From Psychrobacter sp. HD31 (GTDB taxonomy: Bacteria > Pseudomonadota > Gammaproteobacteria > Pseudomonadales > Moraxellaceae): 32,000 nucleotides of DNA. The stretch is from positions 540,001-572,000 of the forward strand of contig NZ_CP142525.1 in assembly GCF_051097895.1 (NCBI RefSeq), in the 5' to 3' direction. Below the pieces are notes generated by a model, which had not been told where the DNA came from, made no database searches, and saw nothing but the letters and a program-made list of their open reading frames with translations. Within the stretch, counting starts at the first letter, position 1, and each line of letters begins with the position of its first letter. The translations under genes and the position numbers were made by a program. Shown here piece by piece: positions 1-8,854 of this stretch.

Positions 1-294
1 TGCTAGTGCGTGTCTTTGAGCATTTTGTTCATCGGTTATGCCACGGGTTAAAGCCGTACTCACACAAACGGGTAAATTAATGCCATAGACTTCGGCTAGT
101 TGTTGCCAATCTTTGGTTAAATTTGGTTGGTCAGCAGATTGCCAAAGCAACTTGTTTGCAGTCATTGCGCCATCGCCATAAAAAAATACTTTTAAGCTTT
201 TATCATCTTCATGTAAATAACTTTTAGCATAACGCAAGGCATAGGCTGCCATTGGGTGATAGGGCGATTTAGTAATAAGTAACAGGGTGTTCAT
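1..294 (-). CDS. tusD: TusD/DsrE-family sulfurtransferase, N-terminal part (3' end runs off the window)
   Basis: Not in the supplied track because it is truncated. The reverse complement from ATG (294-292) reads MNTLLLITKSPYHPMAAYALRYAKSYLHEDDKSLKVFFYGDGAMTANKLLWQSADQPNLTKDWQQLAEVYGINLPVCVSTALTRGITDEQNAQRHALA and is open to position 1. The pattern VFFY..G...AN...W..L....I.L.VC..AL.RG..DE matches E. coli TusD as I recall it. Confidence 0.6.
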   Translation of the reverse strand, partial: MNTLLLITKSPYHPMAAYALRYAKSYLHEDDKSLKVFFYGDGAMTANKLLWQSADQPNLTKDWQQLAEVYGINLPVCVSTALTRGITDEQNAQRHALA

Positions 295-519
295 AAATTA
301 TTATCAGCATTATTGGTTTGCCGTTTTATTTTAACACTAGTGCCAGCGGGTTAAAACTATTTAAGTTATGAAATAAGCTGTCATAAAACTGCTATAAAAC
401 TGCAATATAACCGTCAAACCCGATTGTTATAGTAAGCATAACTTAAAAAAAATTTAATTTTAAGTCGCACTGATGTTAATAAAAAAATAGAACAACGCAG
501 GTTAGAGTAGAACAAGATA

Positions 520-1839
520 ATGCAAGATTTTAATGATACAAATATGATTTTTAAACAACAGAGTGAGGTATTACCAAACCTTGATACTCAAGAAATGCAG
601 TATTGCCAATATAATCATAAAAAGCCAACATCAAAAACAGCAGAAAATAGCTTGCATATCCTACTTGTAACTGAAACATGGTTACCTGATATTAATGGTG
701 TTGCTATGAGTTTGAACAACATCATGAACGCATTGGTAAAAATGGGACACAAAATTAGCCTTATACGCCCAAAAGCTAAATCTGTGCCGACGTCAAGCGA
801 CCATAATAAGACACAACAGCATCGTACAGCAAATGTCCCTTTACAAAACGATATTGAAGTTAAGGGCATCCCCATCCCTAGGTATAAAGAACTCCAACTG
901 GGGGTAGCCAGCAGTAAACAAATAAAAAAAATATTGGCAAAAATTAAACCAGACATTGTCCATATCGCAACCGAAGGTCCACTAGGGCTGTCTGCATTAA
1001 AGGCCGCTAAAAAGTGTAATTTACCTGTTACGACGGGATACCACACTCAATTTCATGATTTTAGTAAACATTTGGGTATGGGCATCATTGCCAGCCCCTT
1101 GATGGCTTATTTTAAATATCTACATAATGCCTCGTTAGCAACCTGTGTGCCTAGCCCAAAAACCCAAGACGACTTAACCAAGTTAGGTTTTAAGCGTATT
1201 TATCAAGTGGGTAGAGGGGTGGATACAACAGGATTTAATCCTAACAAAAGTAGTGACGCGCTACGTAAACAGTGGGGAGTCGCGAGTCAAGATACGGTAC
1301 TAGTTATGGTTAGCCGATTATCACCAGAAAAAGGCGTTGATATTGTTATAAAAGGATTTAATAAACTACAGCGCCAACAATTACACAGAGGGGCAAAACT
1401 GGTGATTGTGGGCGATGGACCAGATACAACCCGACTTAAAACAATGGCTAAGGGCAATGATGATATTATTTTTGCTGGTATGCAAAGGGGTGAAGACTTA
1501 GCCAAACATTATGCCAGCGGTGATGTTTTTGTATTTGCAAGTCAGGTAGAAACATTTGGCAATGTTGTGACAGAAGCAATGGCAAGTGGATTGGGTGTAT
1601 ATGCTTTTGATGATGCCGCTGCAGGGATGCTGGTAGATGACAGCTGTGGTGGCTTGGTAGCAGTAAATCAAACAGATGATTTTATTAAAATGGTAACCAA
1701 TTTACCAAAGCTACAAAAACTAAGACAGCAAGGTGAGCAAGCAAGAAAAAAGGTAGAGCAACTATCTTGGGGGCATCCTGCCAAGCAAATGTTAACCATG
1801 TTTAATGATGCCATTAAATACAATAGTGCCATTAATTAG
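520..1839 (+). CDS. Glycosyltransferase family 4 (GT-B fold, GT1/GT4 clan), acceptor unknown
   Basis: 439-aa ORF. N-terminal GT4 signature LHILLVTETWLPDINGVAMS and C-terminal E-x7-E motif (ETFGNVVTE). The first ~45 aa precede the conserved core, so the true start could be an internal Met (e.g. 595). The Shine-Dalgarno sequence is weak at both candidates. Confidence 0.8.
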   Translation: MQDFNDTNMIFKQQSEVLPNLDTQEMQYCQYNHKKPTSKTAENSLHILLVTETWLPDINGVAMSLNNIMNALVKMGHKISLIRPKAKSVPTSSDHNKTQQHRTANVPLQNDIEVKGIPIPRYKELQLGVASSKQIKKILAKIKPDIVHIATEGPLGLSALKAAKKCNLPVTTGYHTQFHDFSKHLGMGIIASPLMAYFKYLHNASLATCVPSPKTQDDLTKLGFKRIYQVGRGVDTTGFNPNKSSDALRKQWGVASQDTVLVMVSRLSPEKGVDIVIKGFNKLQRQQLHRGAKLVIVGDGPDTTRLKTMAKGNDDIIFAGMQRGEDLAKHYASGDVFVFASQVETFGNVVTEAMASGLGVYAFDDAAAGMLVDDSCGGLVAVNQTDDFIKMVTNLPKLQKLRQQGEQARKKVEQLSWGHPAKQMLTMFNDAIKYNSAIN

Positions 1840-1892
1840 TATGGATGAATACACTAATAAAATAGCAATAATATAAAAATGAGAGGTTTGTT

Positions 1893-2645
1893 ATGAAAAA
1901 GACACAGCCAAATCAGCAAATTAACAAACTCAATGTACTGTTAGATAAAGTACATGAACTACAAACCCATTATCAAGAAAAAGAAAATGGGGTTAACACT
2001 CATATTGCCCATAAAAATAATAATACAAAAACCTTAAAACAAGATAGTTTTGTGCCACCAAGCCCTATTTTTGGTTTTATTAACCGTTATCCAACTTTGG
2101 CAGGCTATACAAACCAACTGTTATATTGGGATACCCGTTTGTGTATCCGCATCAATCAGTTTTCATACGATAAAGCGATTGCAAACTTTTTTAAACTCAT
2201 TAGTAGGCTGGGTGATGGTATTTTTTGGTACGCTATGCTACTTGTTGCCGCCTTAATAGGGGGGATTGAACAGCTGCATTTGGTGTTTGTTACCATGATA
2301 ACTGGGTTGTTGGGTGTGGGTTTATATAAGCTATTAAAAGTTAAAACGGTTAGACCACGCCCTTACCAAGTGCATCAGGTTATTATGCTGCAAGAACGTC
2401 CGTTAGATGTTTTTAGCTTTCCATCGGGTCACACACTGCAAGCCGTATTATTTACAAGCTTATTAGGGGCGTTTTTCCCTATATTATTACCTGTGATGTT
2501 GCCTTTTGCAATTTTAGTTGCAATTTCTCGCATGGTGCTTGGTTTACATTATCCAACAGATGTTTTAATTGGCGCTTTAATTGGGCTGGCATTGGCAGGG
2601 CTGGCATTCAAAACAGTAGCATATCTACCTTTTGTAACTTTGTAG
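1893..2645 (+). CDS. PAP2-family (type 2 acid/lipid) phosphatase, integral membrane
   Basis: All three PAP2 motifs are present: K-x6-RP (KVKTVRPRP), PSGH (FPSGHT) and SR-x5-H-x3-D (SRMVLGLHYPTD). Several hydrophobic helices. A GAGAGG Shine-Dalgarno sequence lies 7 nt upstream of the ATG. It sits 53 nt downstream of the GT4 gene on the same strand. Confidence 0.8.
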   Translation: MKKTQPNQQINKLNVLLDKVHELQTHYQEKENGVNTHIAHKNNNTKTLKQDSFVPPSPIFGFINRYPTLAGYTNQLLYWDTRLCIRINQFSYDKAIANFFKLISRLGDGIFWYAMLLVAALIGGIEQLHLVFVTMITGLLGVGLYKLLKVKTVRPRPYQVHQVIMLQERPLDVFSFPSGHTLQAVLFTSLLGAFFPILLPVMLPFAILVAISRMVLGLHYPTDVLIGALIGLALAGLAFKTVAYLPFVTL

Positions 2646-2674
2646 TTTTTAAACTTATCAGCATTAATTTTGTT

Positions 2675-2712
2675 AAAAAGCACAAATTATGATAATAGTT
2701 TGGGCTTTTTTT
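2675..2712 (+). terminator. Rho-independent terminator after the GT4-PAP2 pair
   Basis: AAAAAGCACAAA (2675-2686) pairs with TTTGGGCTTTTT (2699-2710) with one mismatch, has a 12-nt loop, and is followed by a T-run. Confidence 0.5.
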
Positions 2713-2814
2713 ATGTATCTAGAGACTTTGAATATATCAGCAACAAGTAAAAATTTGTGATAGTCTGAATGTATTCATAACAAACTTTTAAACAAATAGA
2801 CTTTTTTATAAATT

Positions 2815-5634
2815 ATGTTAAACAGATTTTTTGAGCCAACCGATAGCCAACTACAAACATTACGTATCGCTAGTAATTTTGCCAGCAAAATGTGGGACAA
2901 TAAACAACAAATGTGCCAAGCATTTATTGCCAGTTATCCCTTAGATAGTGAGTTATCGACACAAAAAATTGAAGATTTAATCCAAGATTACACCCTAGAT
3001 GAAGACTACCAATTAGCAGATGAAGCAGGGGTTATGCAAGGGCTGCGAAAGCTACGCAACTTATTAATGCTGCGTTGGATTTGGCAAGATGCATTAAATT
3101 TGACCGATGTCGCAACCCTGACGCAAGAGCTTTCTAATTTTGCCGATGGCTGCATTAAATTTGCAAAAGAATATACCTATAATAATTTGGTTAAACGTTA
3201 TGGCCGCCCAAGTTATAAAGATGAAAATGGCGAGCGTCAATATGATGATATGGCAATTTTTGCAATGGGTAAACTGGGGGCAAATGAGCTTAATTTATCC
3301 AGTGATATTGACTTGATTTTTGTACATCAAAAACAGGGGTATACAGACACAACAGGTTTTGACAAAGCAAAAGAGGTGGATAATAAGCGCTTTATGGTGC
3401 GATTGGGGCAGGGGATTATTAAACTTTTAGATACCAATACCGCAGATGGTTTTGTATTTAGAGTAGATATGAGGCTCAGACCCTGGGGCGATGGCAGTGA
3501 CTTAGCAATTCATTTATCGGCATTAAATAAATACTTTGCACAGCATGGGCGTGATTGGGAGCGTTTTGCATGGATGAAGGCACGTGTCGTTAATGATATT
3601 GATGAAGACTATAAACAAACACTAGATGAGATAACCAAACCCTTTGTTTTTAGGCACTATGTAGACTACAGCATGTTTGCCGCATTGAGAGATATGAAAT
3701 CAATGATTCAAACACAAGTGGCACAGCGAGAAGACTTAAGTAATGTCAAACTTGGGGCAGGGGGCATTCGAGATATTGAGTTTATTGTACAGGCTTTTCA
3801 GCTTATTTATGGTGGTCATTATCAACAGCTGCAAATTAAAACTTGCCTTGGTGCCATGAAAGAACTTAACAAACATGGTTTTTTTGAAGATGCAACTCAC
3901 CGTGATTTAAAAGCAGCGTATTTATTTTTACGTCGCCTAGAACATGCGATTCAAGCGGTAGATGATCAACAAACTCAAAAATTACCTGCTGACAACCAAG
4001 CGCAACAAAATATGGCAATAACGCTTGGCTATCAAAGCTGGGATGAGCTAATGACTGCCCTAAATGAACACAGGCAAAAAGTTATTAGACCCTTTGATGA
4101 GCTGGTCACAACAAGACAACATACCGATGAAGAGCACAGCGAAAAACAGGTAAGCCAACATTTTGAAAATCTGAATGATATTTTAACCGATGACAATAAA
4201 AAGATAGTCGATAATTTTTGGCAAAGTAAATTGGTTGATGGGCTAACCGATGAAGTGCGAGAAAGACTAGAACAAGCGTATGGCATCTTTGTGCCGGCGC
4301 TTATTGAGTATCACAATAATCAAAGCGATGCCAATATTGCGGTGCCTAGATTAATTAACTTATTGGAGTCTATTTGCAGGCGTTCCATTTATTTAGTGAT
4401 GCTGGTAGAAAACCCAGAAGCAAGTGTAAACTTGGTTTCTATGCTAGCAGCCAGCCCTTGGATTGCTAACGAGCTGTGCAATTATCCTGTGTTACTAGAC
4501 TCATTTTTACAAGAAAGATATCATCACTTACCAGATAAAGCAGAGCTAAAAAGTATATTACAACAAAACTTGTTAAGGGTAGAACCCGATGATGAAGAAA
4601 CCATGCTGAGTGTTTTGCGTTTGTTTAAAAAAATGCAGGTGCTAGCAGTTGCCGCCAGTGATGTCATTGACCATCACCACATCATGAAAATTTCTGACTC
4701 GTTAACCTTTATTGCAGAGGTTGTCCTTGAGGCATCATTACAAAGGGCGTTTAATCAGCTGGTTAAGCGCCATGGTTATCCTATTAGCAAATCTGGTGAG
4801 CCAGTTACGGAGGCAAATTCTGGTTTTGCCATTATTGGTTATGGCAAACTCGGTGGCATTGAGCTGTCATATTCTTCTGACTTAGACTTGGTGTTTATCC
4901 ACCAAATTAAAGAGCAAACAATGACCACGGGTGAAAAACCGATTAGTGGTATGAAGTTTGCTGCTAGGCTAGCACAAAAATTAATGACTTACTTAAGTAG
5001 CCAAACACGCGATGGTAAAGCGTATGAGATTGACATGCGCTTAAGACCATCTGGTAATGCTGGGATGATGGTAGTATCTGCATATGCCTTTGAGCTGTAT
5101 CAACTAGAAAAAGCATGGGAATGGGAGCATCAAGCGTTAGTGCGTGCGCGTGCCATTTGTGGCGATAAAAAAGTAATGAATAAATTTGATTCAATTCGCC
5201 ATCTTGTTTTATCGCAAAAACGTAACTTAGAAGATGTTAAAAAGGAGGTCTCTGGCATGCGTGTTAAAATGCAAGACCACCTTGGTAGTAACAAACAAAC
5301 TCAAAAAGAAGGTAAGTTTCATTTAAAGCAAGATGCTGGCGGTATTGTTGATATTGAGTTTATTGCACAATTTGCAATTTTGGCATTTGCACATGACAAA
5401 CCCAACTTAACCAAATGGAGTGATAACGTGCGTATTTTTGAGTCGCTTGCTCAAAATAACGTATGGTCAGATCAACGCTGTCAACAACTTACTGAGTCTT
5501 ATTTAAAAATACGCGGCATGACTCACCAGCTGGCTTTATCTGGTAAAAAACTACTCGTAAAAGAGTCAGACTGGCACGACATGCGCGAGCTGGTTATCAG
5601 CCATTGGGATGAAGTGATTGGGCAACGATCATAA
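2815..5634 (+). CDS. glnE: Bifunctional glutamine synthetase adenylyltransferase/adenylyl-removing enzyme
   Basis: 939 aa with two tandem nucleotidyltransferase domains, each carrying the G-x-LG..EL..SSD(I/L)DL(I/V)F motif (GKLGANELNLSSDIDLIF and GKLGGIELSYSSDLDLVF). Each is followed by DMRLRP(W/S)G. Length is typical for GlnE. Confidence 0.93.
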   Translation: MLNRFFEPTDSQLQTLRIASNFASKMWDNKQQMCQAFIASYPLDSELSTQKIEDLIQDYTLDEDYQLADEAGVMQGLRKLRNLLMLRWIWQDALNLTDVATLTQELSNFADGCIKFAKEYTYNNLVKRYGRPSYKDENGERQYDDMAIFAMGKLGANELNLSSDIDLIFVHQKQGYTDTTGFDKAKEVDNKRFMVRLGQGIIKLLDTNTADGFVFRVDMRLRPWGDGSDLAIHLSALNKYFAQHGRDWERFAWMKARVVNDIDEDYKQTLDEITKPFVFRHYVDYSMFAALRDMKSMIQTQVAQREDLSNVKLGAGGIRDIEFIVQAFQLIYGGHYQQLQIKTCLGAMKELNKHGFFEDATHRDLKAAYLFLRRLEHAIQAVDDQQTQKLPADNQAQQNMAITLGYQSWDELMTALNEHRQKVIRPFDELVTTRQHTDEEHSEKQVSQHFENLNDILTDDNKKIVDNFWQSKLVDGLTDEVRERLEQAYGIFVPALIEYHNNQSDANIAVPRLINLLESICRRSIYLVMLVENPEASVNLVSMLAASPWIANELCNYPVLLDSFLQERYHHLPDKAELKSILQQNLLRVEPDDEETMLSVLRLFKKMQVLAVAASDVIDHHHIMKISDSLTFIAEVVLEASLQRAFNQLVKRHGYPISKSGEPVTEANSGFAIIGYGKLGGIELSYSSDLDLVFIHQIKEQTMTTGEKPISGMKFAARLAQKLMTYLSSQTRDGKAYEIDMRLRPSGNAGMMVVSAYAFELYQLEKAWEWEHQALVRARAICGDKKVMNKFDSIRHLVLSQKRNLEDVKKEVSGMRVKMQDHLGSNKQTQKEGKFHLKQDAGGIVDIEFIAQFAILAFAHDKPNLTKWSDNVRIFESLAQNNVWSDQRCQQLTESYLKIRGMTHQLALSGKKLLVKESDWHDMRELVISHWDEVIGQRS

Positions 5635-5665
5635 CTGACTATAACAATAAAAATAGATAAAAAGG

Positions 5666-7045
5666 TCATGATACGCTTTTAGCGTTTTTTATTGTTACCT
5701 GTTTTAACTGATGTTTTAAACGCACCGATAATAATATGGCGGCTAAGCTAAGCCCTGTTACCAGCGCCATCCAAAAGCCTTGCACACCAATGTCGGTGTA
5801 TCTGACTAAATAAATACCAAGTGGCAAGGCAACTAACCAATAGCAAAAAAAGGTGATTATCATCGGCATGCTGGTGTCTTGTATGCCACGGAGTATCCCG
5901 GCAATACTCACCTGCCAAGCATCAAAAACTTGATAACCCATTGCATAAATAAGTAAACCAATTGCTATTTGCTGCACTTGTTTGTTGTCTCCAAATGCCA
6001 TGGCAATATCTGCACGCCAAATATACAAACCAACAACCGAAAGCAACGAGATACTAAATGACCAAATCAGCCCTGTGGTAATAACTTCTTTAAGTAGTGG
6101 TAAGTTATTTTCTCCAAAACGGTTAGACACCATAATGGTTAATGCCATAGAAATTGATAATGGAATCATAAAAATTTGAGTACTCACTGACAATGCAATT
6201 TGATGAGCCGCAACGGCTATCTCACCCAATGCACTAATAACCAATGCTGCCATGCTAAATAAACTTGCTTCAAAAAAAATAGCGACACCAATAGGCACGC
6301 CAAGCTTTAACAGCTTGCTAATTTGTTGTTTGTTTGGGCTGTTAAAACCATAAAAAAACCTTGTAGAAGCAAAAGTATGGTGCTTAGAATATGATAAATA
6401 CAGGGCAAGTAATAATACGTTAATCCACAATACCAATGCTGTAGCCACACCACACCCTGCACCGCCCATTGCGGGCAAACCAAATTTACCGTAAATAAAA
6501 ATGTAATTTAAAGGAATATCCGCCAATAAACCAATGATACTAATTAAAGTAACTGGCTGTGGTCGCCCTAGGGCTTCGGAATAACAACGTAACACCGCAT
6601 AACAGGTCATGGCAGGAAAGCCAAAAGACACCCAGTGTAAATAAGAACGGGCAATGGGGCGAATATTTTCTGGCACCCCCATGGGTTCAAATAATAAGGG
6701 ACTAATATTAACCAACACAAAACCAACAACACCAATGGCAATGGCTGTCCATAGGGACTGTTGCGTTATGTGTGCCACATGCTCGTGTTCATTGCGTCCT
6801 ACAACCTCACCAATTAACGGTGTGGTTGCAATTAAAGTGCCGCTCGCTAGCAAAAAAATAGGCATCCACATACCTGCACCGATAGAAACCGCCGCTAAAT
6901 CTAACGCTGAAACTTGACCTGCCATAATGGCATCAACCACGCCTAAGGCAGACTGGCTAAATTGTGTAATCACTATCGGCAATACAAGCGCAAGTAAAAC
7001 TTTGCTATGTTTTTTAAATGAATTTTTTGTTATTTTAGTAAACAT
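5666..7045 (-). CDS. norM: MATE-family multidrug/sodium antiporter, NorM type
   Basis: 459 aa with about 12 predicted TM helices. The N-terminus LLALVLPIVITQFSQSALGVVDAIMAGQVSALDLAAVSIG parallels E. coli NorM/YdhE. Confidence 0.8.
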   Translation of the reverse strand: MFTKITKNSFKKHSKVLLALVLPIVITQFSQSALGVVDAIMAGQVSALDLAAVSIGAGMWMPIFLLASGTLIATTPLIGEVVGRNEHEHVAHITQQSLWTAIAIGVVGFVLVNISPLLFEPMGVPENIRPIARSYLHWVSFGFPAMTCYAVLRCYSEALGRPQPVTLISIIGLLADIPLNYIFIYGKFGLPAMGGAGCGVATALVLWINVLLLALYLSYSKHHTFASTRFFYGFNSPNKQQISKLLKLGVPIGVAIFFEASLFSMAALVISALGEIAVAAHQIALSVSTQIFMIPLSISMALTIMVSNRFGENNLPLLKEVITTGLIWSFSISLLSVVGLYIWRADIAMAFGDNKQVQQIAIGLLIYAMGYQVFDAWQVSIAGILRGIQDTSMPMIITFFCYWLVALPLGIYLVRYTDIGVQGFWMALVTGLSLAAILLSVRLKHQLKQVTIKNAKSVS

Positions 7046-7130
7046 AAAAAGAATACTTCTTGTTTTTTAGTAAGCTGGATATAATACCTCATTCTACATT
7101 GAGACAATAAGAATTTTTAAGACTATTGAT

Positions 7131-8312
7131 TTGCTAAACGTTTCTATAATCCCGCTCGCTTTATATATCCATATACCTTGGTGTGTCCGTAAATGTCCAT
7201 ATTGTGATTTTAACTCTCATCAATTAAAGGATGATACTGATTTTACCACTTATGTTGATGCACTGCTTTTAGACGCAAAATCGCAAGTTAATTTTGTACA
7301 GGGGCGTAAGCTATCTTCTATATTTATTGGTGGTGGTACACCCTCAATTTTACCGATTGATGAATATCATCGTTTGTTTGATGGACTACGAGCGCTCTAT
7401 CATTTTGTTGATGATATAGAGGTTACCATGGAAGCAAACCCAGCAACCATTGAACATGCGCCTTTTGCAGAGTATCTAGCGGTGGGAATCAATCGTTTAT
7501 CTATTGGGGTACAAACGTTCAATAATCAAAAGCTTAAAAAACTAGGTCGCATACATGATGCCAGCCAAGCCAGCATAGCAATAAAATCAGCAAAGCAGGC
7601 AGGTTTTAAACGCATCAATGTTGACTTAATGCATGGACTACCCAACCAAAGTGTTGATGAAGCAATATTTGATATCAACCAAGCAGTGATGGCGGGTGCA
7701 ACCCATATTTCTTGGTATCAGTTAACCATTGAGCCAAATACCATATTTTATCGAGATAAACCCATATTGCCTAATGAAGATACATTAGCAAACATTGAAG
7801 TACAGGGCAGTCAATTATTGCAGGATAAGGGCTTTAAAAATTATGAGGTATCAGCTTGGGTATCAACTGATGATGAGCCATGCAGGCACAATATCAACTA
7901 TTGGAAGTTTGGAGACTACCTTGCTATCGGTGCCGGTGCACATGGCAAAGTTAGTATCCAACAAAACAACCCAGACCAATTAGCTGACTATGAGCAAGGG
8001 GTTTATCGTTTTAGTAAATCTCGATTGCCTAAAGATTATGTAAACTTTACAGTAGCACCTAAACAAGTTGGCTGGCAAAAAATTAATGAAGACGACTTAT
8101 TGGGTGAGTTTATGCTGGACTCTTTAAGGCTATCAGATGGCATAACAATTGAAGAGTTAACCCATAGAACAGGAATAAAAATTACCACAGATTTTACAAA
8201 CACGCTTAATCAATTAAAAAAACAAGGGCTGTTGTTTGATGATAATAACCTCATACAGCCAACTAATTTAGGAAGAAGATTTTTAAATCAATTGATTGAA
8301 AAATTTATTTAA
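7131..8312 (+). CDS. hemW: Radical-SAM heme chaperone HemW (oxygen-independent coproporphyrinogen-III-oxidase-like)
   Basis: LYIHIPWCVRKCPYCDFNSH carries the C-x3-C-x2-C radical-SAM motif, followed by IFIGGGTPS. It is collinear with E. coli HemW/YggW. The start is a TTG at 7131, since no ATG is available upstream of the motif. Confidence 0.85.
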   Translation: MLNVSIIPLALYIHIPWCVRKCPYCDFNSHQLKDDTDFTTYVDALLLDAKSQVNFVQGRKLSSIFIGGGTPSILPIDEYHRLFDGLRALYHFVDDIEVTMEANPATIEHAPFAEYLAVGINRLSIGVQTFNNQKLKKLGRIHDASQASIAIKSAKQAGFKRINVDLMHGLPNQSVDEAIFDINQAVMAGATHISWYQLTIEPNTIFYRDKPILPNEDTLANIEVQGSQLLQDKGFKNYEVSAWVSTDDEPCRHNINYWKFGDYLAIGAGAHGKVSIQQNNPDQLADYEQGVYRFSKSRLPKDYVNFTVAPKQVGWQKINEDDLLGEFMLDSLRLSDGITIEELTHRTGIKITTDFTNTLNQLKKQGLLFDDNNLIQPTNLGRRFLNQLIEKFI

Positions 8313-8360
8313 TTATCATTACAGTTTGCCTATTTAGGCACGTAACATATTAAGCATGTA

Positions 8361-8388
8361 AAAAAAGCTGCTATGAAAGCAGCTTTTA
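8361..8388. terminator. Bidirectional rho-independent terminator between convergent hemW and the entericidin-like gene
   Basis: AAAAGCTGCT (8363-8372) pairs perfectly with AGCAGCTTTT (8378-8387), with a 5-nt loop. An A-tract on the left and a T-tract on the right allow termination in both directions. Confidence 0.6.
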
Positions 8389-8421
8389 ATCGTTGTTATT
8401 ATCGTTTTAGCAAAAATATAA

Positions 8422-8613
8422 CTATTGATAAGGGTTATATTTACCTTGATTACTGTTGTTATTACCCATATTTGACAGCTTTGTTTTTGTGCCGTTTGCA
8501 GCCTTAGATATAGCACTACCAGCTTTTGTTAAATCTTGACCAAGACCATTAACCGTATTACAACCAGTTAAAACAAATGTGCTAAGTGCGGCAGTTAAAA
8601 GCAATTTTTTCAT
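8422..8613 (-). CDS. Entericidin A/B-family small lipoprotein with an extended polar C-terminal tail
   Basis: 63 aa. Signal peptide plus lipobox (FVLTGC). The mature part CNTVNGLGQDLTKAGSAISKAA matches the entericidin pattern CNT.RG.GED....G..IS.AA. An AGAGG Shine-Dalgarno sequence lies 6 nt upstream of the ATG. Confidence 0.65.
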   Translation of the reverse strand: MKKLLLTAALSTFVLTGCNTVNGLGQDLTKAGSAISKAANGTKTKLSNMGNNNSNQGKYNPYQ

Positions 8614-8652
8614 AATAGACCTCTAAAAATAAGTATTTACATATGCCACATT

Positions 8653-8681
8653 ATCATAGCCAACTCAGTTTATGTTATCAA
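8653..8681 (-). promoter_or_regulatory. Candidate sigma70 promoter for the entericidin-like gene
   Basis: The minus strand reads TTGATA (8681-8676), a 17-nt spacer, then TATGAT (8658-8653), about 40 nt upstream of the start codon. The surrounding sequence is AT-rich, so a chance match is possible. Confidence 0.3.
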
Positions 8682-8854
8682 TAGCCAATAACTAATTAAT
8701 ACGTTTTTTACTTTCTTTATTGTTAATTAATAAGTAAAAATGATTTTTTTTTGCTAGAATTAACTTTTTTTAATCAATAGATAACTATTTTTTGTCTTCT
8801 TTACTTTTTAGCCATGGTTTATCAAACCATAATAATATTTAAAACAACTTGCTT

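Noticed and set aside
615-1046. Antisense or alternative-frame ORFs of 60-143 aa that lie wholly inside longer, well-supported genes. Examples are 615-1046(-), 1287-1505(-), 4032-4286(-), 6654-6917(+), 11384-11779(-), 12907-13179(-), 19846-20136(-), 24974-25243(+), 29727-30071(+), 30921-31223(+) and 31620-31835(+).
   Set aside because: Each is embedded in a gene with strong family motifs on the other strand or frame. Their translations are low-complexity or Cys/Ser/Leu-rich with no recognisable motifs and no Shine-Dalgarno sequences. They are typical shadow ORFs.
8584-8592. AAGTGCGGC, an 8-of-9 match to the Haemophilus-type uptake signal sequence AAGTGCGGT.
   Set aside because: It occurs once, inside the entericidin-like coding sequence. 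I found no further copies or inverted pairs in the terminators, so there is no evidence of uptake-sequence enrichment.
8656-8688. An 8-bp direct repeat ATAGCCAA (8656-8663 and 8681-8688) upstream of the entericidin-like gene.
   Set aside because: The repeat is short and unsupported by further copies. It overlaps the candidate -10 and -35 elements, so it may just reflect promoter-like composition.
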